DNA of 64,000 bases from an uncultured Alphaproteobacteria bacterium (lineage in GTDB: Bacteria; Pseudomonadota; Alphaproteobacteria; Rhizobiales; Methyloligellaceae). Below are positions 51,272-60,526 of the stretch, one piece after another; within the stretch, counting starts at the first letter, position 1; each line of letters starts with the position of its first letter. The DNA lies in the NCBI GenBank assembly GCA_963820005.1, contig CAWFYQ010000009.1:19063-83062 (forward strand), in the 5' to 3' direction. Position numbers and translations under genes: made by a program. Under the pieces are notes generated by a model. That model had not been told where the DNA came from. It did no database searches and saw nothing but the letters and a program-made list of their open reading frames with translations.

Positions 51272-51351
51272 CGTCATGCCGGCCTTGTGCCGGGCATCCA
51301 CGCTTTGGCACAACGAAGACGTGGATGGCCGGGACAAGCCCGGCCATGACA
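51272..51351. repeat. REP-like palindromic element
   Basis: GTCATGCCGGCCTTGTGCCGGGCATCCACG...CGTGGATGGCCGGGACAAGCCCGGCCATGAC. Confidence 0.8.
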
Positions 51352-51367
51352 ATGCGGTGGGTGCTAG

Positions 51368-52240
51368 ATGAGCAAGATCGGCTTTATCGGGCTCGGCGTC
51401 ATGGGCTTTCCCATGGCCGGGCATCTCAAGACGCGCGGGCACGATGTCGTCGTATTCAACCGCACCCGCGCCAAGGCCGATGCATGGGCCACGCGCTTCG
51501 GTGGCCTGATCGCCGCCACGCCTGAAGACGCGGCGAAGGACGCCGACTTCGTCTTCACCTGCGTCGGCAACGACGACGACCTCCGCAGCGTAACGCTCGG
51601 GCCGCATGGCGCGTTCGGATCGCTTCGCTCCGGCGCCGTGTTCGTCGACCACACTACCTCCTCGGCGACCATCGCCCGCGAGCTTCATGCCGCTGCCCAA
51701 GACCGCGGCGCCGGCGCGCTCGATGCGCCGGTTTCGGGCGGCCAGTCTGGCGCGGAGAACGGCACGCTGACGGTGATGGTCGGCGGCGATGAGAGCGACT
51801 TTGCCAAGGCCCAGCCGGTGATCGCGTCCTACGCCCGCGCCGTGAACCTGATCGGTCCATCCGGCTCGGGCCAGCTCACCAAGATGGTCAACCAGATCTG
51901 CATCGCGGGGCTGATCGAGGGCCTCGCCGAGGCGCTGCATTTTGGCATGCGGGCCGGCCTCGACATGGAGAAGGTCATCGACACCATCTCAAAGGGTGCG
52001 GCGCAATCCTGGCAGATGGACAATCGCTGGCGAACCATGGTCGAGGGCAAGTTCGAGTTCGGCTTCGCCGTGGATTGGGTGCGCAAGGACTTCGCCATTC
52101 TGCTCGAGGAGGCTAGGGCGAACGGCGCGAGCCTGCCCGTCACCGCGCTGGTCGATCAGTTCTATGCCGAGATTCAGGAGATGGGCGGACGCCGCTTCGA
52201 CACCTCGAGCCTCATCGCCCGGCTGGAGCGGAAGCGCTGA
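51368..52240 (+). CDS. NAD(P)-dependent beta-hydroxyacid dehydrogenase (3-hydroxyisobutyrate dehydrogenase family)
   Basis: GFIGLGVMGFPMA, DAPVSGG and KMVNQI motifs. Confidence 0.9.
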   Translation: MSKIGFIGLGVMGFPMAGHLKTRGHDVVVFNRTRAKADAWATRFGGLIAATPEDAAKDADFVFTCVGNDDDLRSVTLGPHGAFGSLRSGAVFVDHTTSSATIARELHAAAQDRGAGALDAPVSGGQSGAENGTLTVMVGGDESDFAKAQPVIASYARAVNLIGPSGSGQLTKMVNQICIAGLIEGLAEALHFGMRAGLDMEKVIDTISKGAAQSWQMDNRWRTMVEGKFEFGFAVDWVRKDFAILLEEARANGASLPVTALVDQFYAEIQEMGGRRFDTSSLIARLERKR

Positions 52241-52286
52241 GCATGATCCGGAAAAGCGGGAACCGGCTTTCCGAAAAGATCATGCT
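52240..52286. repeat. RPE-like palindromic element
   Basis: AGCATGATCCGGAAAAGCGGGAACCGGCTTTCCGAAAAGATCATGCT, terminal inverted repeat AGCATGATC/GATCATGCT. Confidence 0.8.
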
Positions 52287-52374
52287 CAAGTAGGAGGCTC
52301 CTCACCCGGCTCGGACCGAAAGTCTTCGAACCGGTCTCGCCGAGGAGGAGACACTGGTCGGAAAATTCTGATCG

Positions 52375-52854
52375 CTAGAGGCGCTTGTCTTCGGCCGCGT
52401 AGTCGAGCGGCAGCGCGGTCGTGTACTTGATCTGCTCCATGGCGAAGGACGAGCTCACGTCCGACAGCTCGATCTTGGTGATGAGCTTCTTGTAGAAGGC
52501 GTCGTAGCGCTCGATGTCGGGCACCACCACGCGCAGCAGATAATCGACCTGCCCGCTCATGCGGTAGAACTCGACCACTTCGGGAAAGTCCTTGAGCGCC
52601 TCATGGAAGCGGTCGAGCCACTCCTGGGTGTGATGGCTCGTGGTGATCGAGACGAACACCGTCACCCCGACATTGACCTTCTTGGCATCGAGCACCGCGA
52701 CGCGGCGCTGGATCACGCCGGACTCTTCGAGCTTCTGAATGCGACGCCAGCAAGGTGTGGTTGAGAGCCCGATCTGCTTGCCGATCTCGGCGACCGGCAA
52801 CGTGCAGTCCTTCTGCAAAATGTCGAGAATTTTGCGGTCCATACGATCGAGCAT
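52375..52854 (-). CDS. Lrp/AsnC family transcriptional regulator (DecR-like)
   Basis: DRKILDILQ, GLSTTPCWRRIQKLE and FYRMSGQVDYLL motifs. Confidence 0.92.
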   Translation of the reverse strand: MLDRMDRKILDILQKDCTLPVAEIGKQIGLSTTPCWRRIQKLEESGVIQRRVAVLDAKKVNVGVTVFVSITTSHHTQEWLDRFHEALKDFPEVVEFYRMSGQVDYLLRVVVPDIERYDAFYKKLITKIELSDVSSSFAMEQIKYTTALPLDYAAEDKRL

Positions 52855-52963
52855 GGCTGACCTGATAATATTTTTGCGCGACTCTAGCAAGTTCAGGAAC
52901 CTTTTGCTATATACCTGAATCTCTATCAATTTAGTAGATTATTTTTTACCCGTGCGCAAGCCC

Positions 52964-53608
52964 CTAATTTTTGAGCAGCTTTCTCACCTCGCGGCGCAGG
53001 ACCGGCAGCAGCTCTTTCTCGAACCAAGGGTTGGCGGTGAGCCAGCCATTGTTGCGCCAGGACGGATGCGGCAGCGGCAGCACGCGAGGGCGCCGCTTGC
53101 TTTTGAGATGACGGCGCCAGTCACCCATCGTGGCGGTGAGCGATTTGCCGGCGCCGTCGCCAAGATGCCAGACTTGCGCGTAGCTTCCGACCGCGAGCAC
53201 GAGCTCGATCTGCGGCAGCATGGCGAATACTCGCGCGCGCCAGAGCGGCGCGCATTCCCGCCGCGGCGGGAGGTCGGCGCCCTTGGCATCCTGGCCTGGA
53301 AAGCAGAACCCCATGGGCACGATCGACACGCGCGTGTCGTCGTAGAACTCTTGCGGGGTCACGCCGAGCCAATCGCGCAAGCGGTCGCCCGAACGGTCGG
53401 TGAATGGTATGCCCGAGGCATTGACCAAAGTGCCGGGCGCCTGGCTGCAAATGGCAAGCCGCGCCGTGACGCTCGCGCGCAGCACGGGACGCGGCTCGTG
53501 CGGCAAAAGCTTTCCTTGCGGGGTCTCGACGCAGTTCCGGCAGGAGCGAATGGCGGCGAGCAGGCGCTCGAGCTCCACCGCTCGCGTCTCCGCCGCGTCG
53601 CCGGTCAT
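52964..53608 (-). CDS. Uracil-DNA glycosylase family protein
   Basis: SQAPG, PFTDRSGDRLRDWLG, MGFCFPG and PLPHPSWRN motifs. Confidence 0.9.
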   Translation of the reverse strand: MTGDAAETRAVELERLLAAIRSCRNCVETPQGKLLPHEPRPVLRASVTARLAICSQAPGTLVNASGIPFTDRSGDRLRDWLGVTPQEFYDDTRVSIVPMGFCFPGQDAKGADLPPRRECAPLWRARVFAMLPQIELVLAVGSYAQVWHLGDGAGKSLTATMGDWRRHLKSKRRPRVLPLPHPSWRNNGWLTANPWFEKELLPVLRREVRKLLKN

Positions 53609-54348
53609 AGGTCGAGGATCATGCCGTCTTCAGCGAGGAGATAGCGGGATCGATCGACGTGTCCGGTCGCTGACAGCATAGCCTCCCCCATATGGGTGAG
53701 GAGAACGCGCTTGGCACCGAGCCGCGCGTAGTTGGCATCGATGGTCGCGTAGTCGAGATGGATAGGGATCGTGACGTCGTATTGGAAGCATTCGCTGATG
53801 AAGAGATCGGCGCCCTGCGCCACCTGATAGAGCGTATCGACCCAGCCGGTGTCGCCGGTGAACGCGACCACCTTGCCATCGATCGTGAACCTGAGCGCAT
53901 AAGGCGGTGCGCCGGAAGGATGTTTCACCTCGAACGGCGTGACGCTGACGCCGCCGGCCTCCAGCGGAACCTGCTCCTGATATTCCCGGAAGATGAGATC
54001 GAAGCCGCGCTCGGCCGTGGTGATGCCGGGATAGAGCGCCTCGGCCGCGGTGAGAAAGCGCGTCTCGATGCCGCGCGGGCCAGTCACCACCAGCGGCCGC
54101 GTCCGCTTGCTGACATATTGTCCGTCGATCAAGAGCCAGGGCAGCCCGCCGAAATGGTCGCCATGCAGATGGGTGACGAACACGGTGTCGATGTCGTTCG
54201 GCTCGAGCCCCAGCCGGCGCATGCCGACAAGCACCGTCACCCCGCAATCGATCAGAAATGTCGACTGCGGCGAGCGCACGTGAAACGAGGTGTGGAGGCG
54301 GCCGCCGGCGCCGAAAGCATCGCCGCAGCCGATAATGGTCAGTCGCAT
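53605..54348 (-). CDS. MBL-fold metallo-hydrolase (RNase Z-like)
   Basis: LIDCG, THLHGDHFGG, FTGDT and LLTHM motifs. Confidence 0.9.
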   Translation of the reverse strand: MRLTIIGCGDAFGAGGRLHTSFHVRSPQSTFLIDCGVTVLVGMRRLGLEPNDIDTVFVTHLHGDHFGGLPWLLIDGQYVSKRTRPLVVTGPRGIETRFLTAAEALYPGITTAERGFDLIFREYQEQVPLEAGGVSVTPFEVKHPSGAPPYALRFTIDGKVVAFTGDTGWVDTLYQVAQGADLFISECFQYDVTIPIHLDYATIDANYARLGAKRVLLTHMGEAMLSATGHVDRSRYLLAEDGMILDL

Positions 54349-54529
54349 GGCGGGCGCATCTTAGAGCCTCGTGTCAGTGCGGGGCGAGAGTAAACGCGCC
54401 ATTAGGGATTTCCGCACATAGTTTGTTGGGGAGCCTTCAATTCTGGGCGGGGGCGACGCCGTCGGGGCATATGCCCTTGGCGTTCTGGTCTTTTTGTTAG
54501 TCAGTCAGGTTGTAGCGGGTCAGATAAGC

Positions 54530-56077
54530 ATGTCAGGGGGCGCCTCAGCCGGGGCTCAACGCGCCGTGTCGGCAGCGGCCAAGGGCAAGCGGCGCTCGTT
54601 CCGCAGCGTCCAGGAAGCCCGCGAGAAGCTCACCTACAAATCTGGCGCCAAGCCGGAGTTCGAGTACGAGCTCCTATTGATGTTCGTGCGCAACGAGCTG
54701 TCGGCCGCCGTGACCACGCCGTTGCTCGCCGTCATCGTCGCCATGGGCGCGATGTTCTGGGCGCCACCGCGCGAGCTGCTGCTCTGGCTCTGCACCGTGT
54801 TCGTGTCCAAGGGCATCCTGATCAGCCTCTGCCGGCAATTCAGCAAGGCGCCGCGCGACGACGCGGCCACGCCGGTCTGGCGCGCCAAGATCACCGCGGC
54901 GGAGTTCCTTTACGGCGTCACCTGGGCGGCGGTCGCGTTCATCAACCCCGACAGCCAAGGCGAGGCGGCGAACACCTTCATCTTCGCCTCGCTCCTCGTC
55001 GTCATCTCGATGCGCATGCTGTTCGCCTCGACGGTGATGCCGATCGTCTACGCCGGCACGCTGCCGATGACCGCGGCCATCGTCATCCGCTTCGCGTTTC
55101 TCGACAACCCGTTTTATTGGGCGATGGCCGCCATGGCGGTCGGCGTGCACATCTATTTCATCTGGCTGACCAGCGGGCTGAACTCGACCGTCGTCGCCAT
55201 GCTCGAATATCGCGCCGAGAAGGACGCCTTGATCGGCGAGCTCGAGCAGGCCAAGGCGATCTCAGACGAGGCCAGGCTCCGCGCCGAGGAAGCCAATCTC
55301 GCCAAGTCGCGCTTCCTCGCCACCATGAGCCACGAGCTGCGCACCCCGCTCAACGCCATTCTCGGCTTCTCCGAGATCATGCGGTCGGAGATTCTCGGTC
55401 CGCACAACAACCCGACCTACAAGGAATACGCCAACGACATTCACGAGAGCGGCCAGCACCTGCTCAATCTCATCAACGAGATCCTCGACATCAGCCGCAT
55501 CGAGGCCGGCCGCTACGAGCTGCATGAAGGCCCAGTTGCGCTCGCCGAAGTGGTCGAGGATTGCCATCGGCTGATACGGCTCCGCGCCGAGCACAAGGGT
55601 CTCAGGATCGTCGAGGATTTCGAGGAGGCCATGCCGCAGCTCTGGGCCGACGAGCGCGCCGTCCGGCAGATCTGCCTCAACCTGCTGTCGAACGCCATCA
55701 AGTTCACCCCGACCGGCGGGACCATCACGCTCAAAGTCGCGCGCACCGGCACCGGCGGCCAGTCGTTGAGCGTCAAGGATACCGGCCCCGGCATCCCCGA
55801 GAACGAGATCCCGCGCGTGCTCCGGAGCTTCGGCCAGGGCTCGCTGGCCCACCAGACGGCTGAAGGCGGCACCGGGCTCGGCCTTCCCATCACCAAGGGC
55901 CTGACCGAGCTGCATGACGGCGCCTTCGAGCTCAAGAGCAAGCTCCGCTACGGCACCGAGGTGATCATCACCTTCCCGCGCAAGCGGGCGATGGAGGCCC
56001 TGCCCCGCGTACCGGAGCCCGGTGAGATCCAGCCCGAGAAGCCGCAAGTCTCCTGGCGCGCGGGCGCCAAGCGGTAG
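54530..56077 (+). CDS. Membrane sensor histidine kinase (PleC/DivJ-type H-box)
   Basis: Several TM helices, FLATMSHELRTPLNAILGFSE, NLLSNAIKFT, DTGPGI and GTGLGL motifs. Confidence 0.93.
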   Translation: MSGGASAGAQRAVSAAAKGKRRSFRSVQEAREKLTYKSGAKPEFEYELLLMFVRNELSAAVTTPLLAVIVAMGAMFWAPPRELLLWLCTVFVSKGILISLCRQFSKAPRDDAATPVWRAKITAAEFLYGVTWAAVAFINPDSQGEAANTFIFASLLVVISMRMLFASTVMPIVYAGTLPMTAAIVIRFAFLDNPFYWAMAAMAVGVHIYFIWLTSGLNSTVVAMLEYRAEKDALIGELEQAKAISDEARLRAEEANLAKSRFLATMSHELRTPLNAILGFSEIMRSEILGPHNNPTYKEYANDIHESGQHLLNLINEILDISRIEAGRYELHEGPVALAEVVEDCHRLIRLRAEHKGLRIVEDFEEAMPQLWADERAVRQICLNLLSNAIKFTPTGGTITLKVARTGTGGQSLSVKDTGPGIPENEIPRVLRSFGQGSLAHQTAEGGTGLGLPITKGLTELHDGAFELKSKLRYGTEVIITFPRKRAMEALPRVPEPGEIQPEKPQVSWRAGAKR

Positions 56078-56107
56078 CCAGTCGGCTGTCGACCCCTAGC
56101 CTTAGCC

Positions 56108-56392
56108 TTACTCGCTCGGCTTGACGTCGGCTCCGCACCGAAACGTCACGTCCCTCCCAGGCTGCGGGACGATAACCAGCTTCTGTCCTTTCGCGTGGCA
56201 ATATTGCCCCGCTTGGTCCACGGCGGCGTTGGTTGCGTCGTTCCCGCCGATGAGCACAGAGTTGCCCGCAGCGCCGACGACGATTTTATAGGTCCCCGGC
56301 TCGAGCTCTTTCACTTTTCCGACGTCGGAATTTGCCATGGCGCAAGCCGTCAGGCCGGCCGCCATGAGCAGAACGAATTGGGCTCTGAGCAT
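56108..56392 (-). CDS. Small lipoprotein
   Basis: Lipobox LTAC, plus a YCHAKG...TFRC Cys pair. Confidence 0.75.
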   Translation of the reverse strand: MLRAQFVLLMAAGLTACAMANSDVGKVKELEPGTYKIVVGAAGNSVLIGGNDATNAAVDQAGQYCHAKGQKLVIVPQPGRDVTFRCGADVKPSE

Positions 56393-56556
56393 CCTAGGGT
56401 TCCATTCCATGGCCAAGGCATAGCAGCAGCGCGGTGGCCAGGGAAACGGACCTTAAGTTGCCCCCCTTGGGGCTCAGCTGGGCAAAACGCCAGGTTTCTG
56501 GCGTTCCGTCGAAACCATGCTTACATAGCTCAAGGAGCTCGAACCGGATCCCCGCC

Positions 56557-56742
56557 TTGGAAACGCCTTGCGTCAATGTCTGCCTGCTCGATTCCGAGCT
56601 TGGGCTGTGCGTCGGTTGCGGCCGCAGCATCGATGAGATTGCCAATTGGGGGGCGATGAGCGATGCCGAGCGGCGGGCCATCATGGCGACGTTGCCCGCG
56701 CGCCTCGAGAGCTTCGTCAAGCCTGAGAGTGAAACCGCGTGA
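56557..56742 (+). CDS. DUF1289 domain protein
   Basis: TPCVNVC...LCVGCGRSIDEIANW signature. TTG start inferred. Confidence 0.85.
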   Translation: METPCVNVCLLDSELGLCVGCGRSIDEIANWGAMSDAERRAIMATLPARLESFVKPESETA

Positions 56743-57440
56743 CGACCTGGCTTGCCCTGTTCATCCTCGCTCTTGGCGCCATGCTGCTCGTCAGCAACGA
56801 GTCCGGCATGATCGCTGGGCTCGACGCGACGACCTTCGGCTATCTCGCGGTCTTCCTCGCCCTCCTCGTCTATCTCCTTGGCGGGCTGATGGCGCGCTAT
56901 GGCGGCCGCGCGAGCGCGCTGGTGCGCGACGCCGTGACCTGGGTGGCGCTCGGCCTAGCGCTCGTCACCGCCTATTCCTACAAGGAGGAGATCGCGCCGA
57001 TCGCCGCGCGCGTGGTCAGCGAGCTTCTGCCGGGCACCGCCATGACCGTCGAGCAGAGCGCCGGCGGGCTCACCGAGATTCGCATCCGCAAGCGGCTCGA
57101 CGGCCACTTCAACGCCAATGTCGAGGTGAACGGCAAAGCGATCGGCATGATTGTCGATACCGGCGCCTCGACCATCGTGCTCAGGCCCGAGGACGCGGTC
57201 AAAGCCGGGATCGATATCGACCACCTCACCTATAGCGTGCCGGTGCTCACCGCCAATGGCCGGACTTTCGCGGCGCGCATCCGCCTCGACACCGTCTCGA
57301 TCGGCCCGCTCGACCGCAAGAATGTCGATGCCCTGGTCGCCAAGCGCGGCGCCATGACCGAGAGCCTGCTCGGTATGAGTTTCTTAAGCCGCCTCCGCTC
57401 TTATGAGTTTTCCGGCGATTTCCTGACTTTGCGCGGCTGA
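56739..57440 (+). CDS. TIGR02281 clan AA aspartic protease, membrane-anchored
   Basis: DGHF, MIVDTGAS, TANG and LLGMSFL motifs, with three N-terminal TM helices. Confidence 0.92.
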   Translation: MTTWLALFILALGAMLLVSNESGMIAGLDATTFGYLAVFLALLVYLLGGLMARYGGRASALVRDAVTWVALGLALVTAYSYKEEIAPIAARVVSELLPGTAMTVEQSAGGLTEIRIRKRLDGHFNANVEVNGKAIGMIVDTGASTIVLRPEDAVKAGIDIDHLTYSVPVLTANGRTFAARIRLDTVSIGPLDRKNVDALVAKRGAMTESLLGMSFLSRLRSYEFSGDFLTLRG

Positions 57441-57476
57441 CGCGCTTCGTTTGGCCTCGATGGAGCGGGTGCGGTC

Positions 57477-58028
57477 GTGAGTCCAGGCGCGAGACATGCG
57501 CTGCAAGAGGCGCTGATCTGGAGTGCGGCGGCGCTCGGCGGCTTCATGCTGTTTTATTTCTTCGACGACGTCAGAACCACGCTCGGCCTCTCCGGCAAGC
57601 TACCCTCGATCGCCGAGATCGTTGCGCCACGCGCACAGGAGCCGAAGCCCGGCTTCGGCGGCGAGGTGCACCTTAAATCCAACGCGGTCGGCCATTTCGT
57701 GTTCGAGGCCTATATCAACGACCGCCCGGCGACCGTCATGGCCGATACCGGCGCGACCATTGTGGTGCTCACCTACGAGGACGCGGCCCGGCTAGGCCTG
57801 TCGCCGCAAAGCCTCGACTTCTCCGGCATGGCGCAGACAGCGAACGGGGTTGCGCGCATGGCGCCCGTCATGCTCGACCGCGTGCGCGTCGACGACATCA
57901 CGCTCCGCGACGTGCAAGCTGCGGTCGCCGAGAAAGGTGCGCTCCCCACCAACCTGCTCGGCATGAGCTTCCTCGGCCGGCTCAGAAGCTTCACCAAGCA
58001 GGGCAACGAGCTCGTGCTGGTGCGCTAG
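57477..58028 (+). CDS. Second TIGR02281 clan AA aspartic protease
   Basis: GHF, VMADTGAT, TANG and NLLGMSFLGRL motifs, with a single N-terminal TM. Confidence 0.9.
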   Translation: MSPGARHALQEALIWSAAALGGFMLFYFFDDVRTTLGLSGKLPSIAEIVAPRAQEPKPGFGGEVHLKSNAVGHFVFEAYINDRPATVMADTGATIVVLTYEDAARLGLSPQSLDFSGMAQTANGVARMAPVMLDRVRVDDITLRDVQAAVAEKGALPTNLLGMSFLGRLRSFTKQGNELVLVR

Positions 58029-58098
58029 ACCCGGGCCGGGAACCCTGGCGAAACACTCGCTGTTGGTCCTTCAGGCAAAATCGCCTATGAGGGGGACC

Positions 58099-59601
58099 AT
58101 GTTCCCAAAGCCCAGCCAAGACCTCGTTCCCAACACTGTCGAATTCGAGCGGCTGCCTCTCGTCAAGGCGACCGGATTTCGCGAATACGATGCGCGCTGG
58201 CGCTTCCCCGAGGAAATCAACCTGCTCGGCCTCGAAGCGGTCGGGCTCGGCCTTGCCACGCTGATGCGGCAGCGCGGCGTGCCGGTCCGCATCGTCGTCG
58301 GCCACGATTACCGCTCCTATTCGGCCGCGGTCAAAGCCGCGCTGATCACCGGGCTTTTGGCCGGCGGCGCCGAGGTGCACGACATCGGGCTGGCGCTGTC
58401 GCCGATGGCCTATTTCGCCCAGTTCGAGCTCGGCGTCGAAGGTGTCGCCATGGTCACCGCCAGCCACAACGACAACGGCTGGACCGGCATCAAGATGGGC
58501 GTGCAGCGTCCCCTCACCTTCTCGCCAGAGGACATGACGGCGCTCAAGGAGATCGTCATGGAAGCGCGCTTCGCGAGCCATGCCGAGGGCGGCCGCTACG
58601 TGTACGTGCCCGATCTCGCCGAGCGCTACATGGCCGATCTGCTCAAGCGGCCGAAGCTGCTGCGGCCGATCAAGGCGGTCGTCTCCTGCGGCAACGGCAC
58701 GGCCGGAGCGTTCGCCCCGCGCGTTCTGTCCGAGCTCGGCGTCAGCGTCATTCCGCTGAACTGCACCCTCGATCACTCCTTCCCCGCGCATAATCCGAAC
58801 CCCGAGGATCTCGGCATGCTGCACGCGACGCGCGATTGCGTGCTCGAGCATGGCGCCGATCTCGGCCTCGCCTTCGACGGCGACGGCGACCGCTGCGGCG
58901 TAGTCGACAACGAAGGCCACGAGATTTTCGCCGACAAGGTCGGCGTGATGCTCGCCCGCGACATCGCCGCCCGTAACAAGGGTGCGCTGTTCGTCGTCGA
59001 CGTGAAATCGACCGGGCTGTTCCTCACCGATCCCGTGCTCAAGGAGCATGGCGCGAAGACGCTGTACTGGAAGACCGGGCACTCCTACATCAAGCGCTAC
59101 AGCCACGAGACCGGGGCGCTGGTCGGCTTCGAGAAGTCGGGACATTTCTTCTTCAACCCGCCACTCGGCCGGGGCTATGACGACGGGCTGGTGGCGGCGC
59201 TCGCCGTGCTCGACATGCTCGACCGCAATCCCGACAAGACTCTCGCCGAGTTGAAGGACGCGCTGCCGAAGACCTGGCAGTCGCCGACCATGTCGCCGCA
59301 TTGCGGCGACGAGGTGAAATACGGCGTGGTCGATCGTGTGGTCGATCACTTCAAGAAGGTCGCGGCCAATGGCGGCGAGCTCGCCGGGCAGAAGATCCGC
59401 GAGCTGATTACCGTCAACGGCATCAGGATCGTGCTCGACGACGGCACCTGGGGCCTGGTGCGCGCTTCGTCCAACAAGCCTGAGCTGGTCGTCGTGGTCG
59501 AGAGCCCGACATCGGAGGCCAACATGCGCGCGATCTTCGCCGAGATCGACGCCGAGCTCGCCAAGCAGCCCGAGGTCGGCGCCTACAATCAGAAAATCTG
59601 A
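58099..59601 (+). CDS. Phosphomannomutase/phosphoglucomutase
   Basis: FREYDAR, TASHN (phosphoserine loop), FDGDGDR, FEKSGH and VRASSNKP motifs. Confidence 0.95.
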   Translation: MFPKPSQDLVPNTVEFERLPLVKATGFREYDARWRFPEEINLLGLEAVGLGLATLMRQRGVPVRIVVGHDYRSYSAAVKAALITGLLAGGAEVHDIGLALSPMAYFAQFELGVEGVAMVTASHNDNGWTGIKMGVQRPLTFSPEDMTALKEIVMEARFASHAEGGRYVYVPDLAERYMADLLKRPKLLRPIKAVVSCGNGTAGAFAPRVLSELGVSVIPLNCTLDHSFPAHNPNPEDLGMLHATRDCVLEHGADLGLAFDGDGDRCGVVDNEGHEIFADKVGVMLARDIAARNKGALFVVDVKSTGLFLTDPVLKEHGAKTLYWKTGHSYIKRYSHETGALVGFEKSGHFFFNPPLGRGYDDGLVAALAVLDMLDRNPDKTLAELKDALPKTWQSPTMSPHCGDEVKYGVVDRVVDHFKKVAANGGELAGQKIRELITVNGIRIVLDDGTWGLVRASSNKPELVVVVESPTSEANMRAIFAEIDAELAKQPEVGAYNQKI

Positions 59602-59618
59602 ACGCATTCACCAACGTG

Positions 59619-59716
59619 TGTCATCGCCCGGCTTGACCGTGCGATCCAGTAACCCCCCGCAGATTCTATCGCACCAAGACCGCGGGTTACTGGATGCCCG
59701 CCTTTGCGGCATGACA
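59619..59716. repeat. REP-like palindromic element, same family as 8401-8500
   Basis: TGTCATCGCCCGGCTTGACCGTGCGATCCAGTAAC...GTTACTGGATGCCCGCC...GCATGACA. Confidence 0.8.
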
Positions 59717-59795
59717 TCGCGCAGCGCAGCGCCACAGAACCTTCAGCGTCCTGTCGCAAATTTGCAAAACGAATCTGGTCTTTACGCCATCGACC

Positions 59796-60416
59796 ATGAT
59801 GAATTTCGATGTCACCCATCTGATCTTCGCAGCAGGCCTCGCCGCCGGCGTCACGCTCGATTTTCTCCTGCTGCGCACCCTGATCGCTCCACCCTTCCGC
59901 ATCTGGCCGACGCCGGAGCCCGGCAGCTGGCAGAGCCTGACCTTCTGGGGCTTGTTCCGCGGCGCCTGGATCGCGACCTTCGTCACCGCCGCGCTCGACT
60001 GGAACTCCACACCGCTGCTCGATTGGACGCGCTTCATCCCCGGCCTGCCGCTCGGACTGATCGGTTTGGGCATCACGATTTGCGGCTATTTCAATCTCGG
60101 CCTCGGCAACACCTATTGCGGCTCCGACGGCCTCGTGACCGGGGGCCTTTACCGCTTCAGCCGCAACCCACAATACACCGCCTCGATCGTCGGACTGATC
60201 GGCCTGTCGATCGGCGCCAATTCGGTGCTCACCATCGTGCTGGCCAGCGTGATGATCGGCGCCAACGTCTTGATGGCCATGGTCGAGGAGAGTTGGCTGA
60301 CGCAGCTCTACGGTGCGCCCTATCGCGACTATTGCCGCCAGACCGCGCGATTTCTCGATGTCCAGGGACTGCTCGCTCTCGCCGAGCGCAGGAAACCGTC
60401 ACGCCAAACGAGTTGA
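59796..60416 (+). CDS. ICMT/PEMT family membrane methyltransferase
   Basis: LVTGGLYRFSRNPQY and VEESWLTQLYGAPYRDY motifs, with TM helices. Confidence 0.85.
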   Translation: MMNFDVTHLIFAAGLAAGVTLDFLLLRTLIAPPFRIWPTPEPGSWQSLTFWGLFRGAWIATFVTAALDWNSTPLLDWTRFIPGLPLGLIGLGITICGYFNLGLGNTYCGSDGLVTGGLYRFSRNPQYTASIVGLIGLSIGANSVLTIVLASVMIGANVLMAMVEESWLTQLYGAPYRDYCRQTARFLDVQGLLALAERRKPSRQTS

Positions 60417-60437
60417 GCAAAGCGTTGCAGTGAAATT

Positions 60438-60492
60438 CGTCATGGCCGGGCATTCGGGATCGCCGACCGAGACCCCGGTGCCCGGCATGACG
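60438..60492. repeat. Short REP-like palindrome
   Basis: CGTCATGGCCGGGCA...TGCCCGGCATGACG between convergent genes. Confidence 0.65.
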
Positions 60493-60526
60493 AGATGGGT
60501 CAAATCCGTTCCCCCGCATCAAGTCG

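Noticed and set aside
52855-52960. AT-rich stretch and 21-codon plus-strand ORF upstream of the Lrp regulator
   Set aside because: Consistent with an ordinary promoter or Lrp-binding region. The ORF overlaps the regulator's own start codon and has no RBS.
54380-54420. CtrA-like box upstream of the histidine kinase (GTAA-N7-ATTA); similar weak matches near 15790 and 46650
   Set aside because: Too many mismatches to TTAA-N7-TTAA to support.
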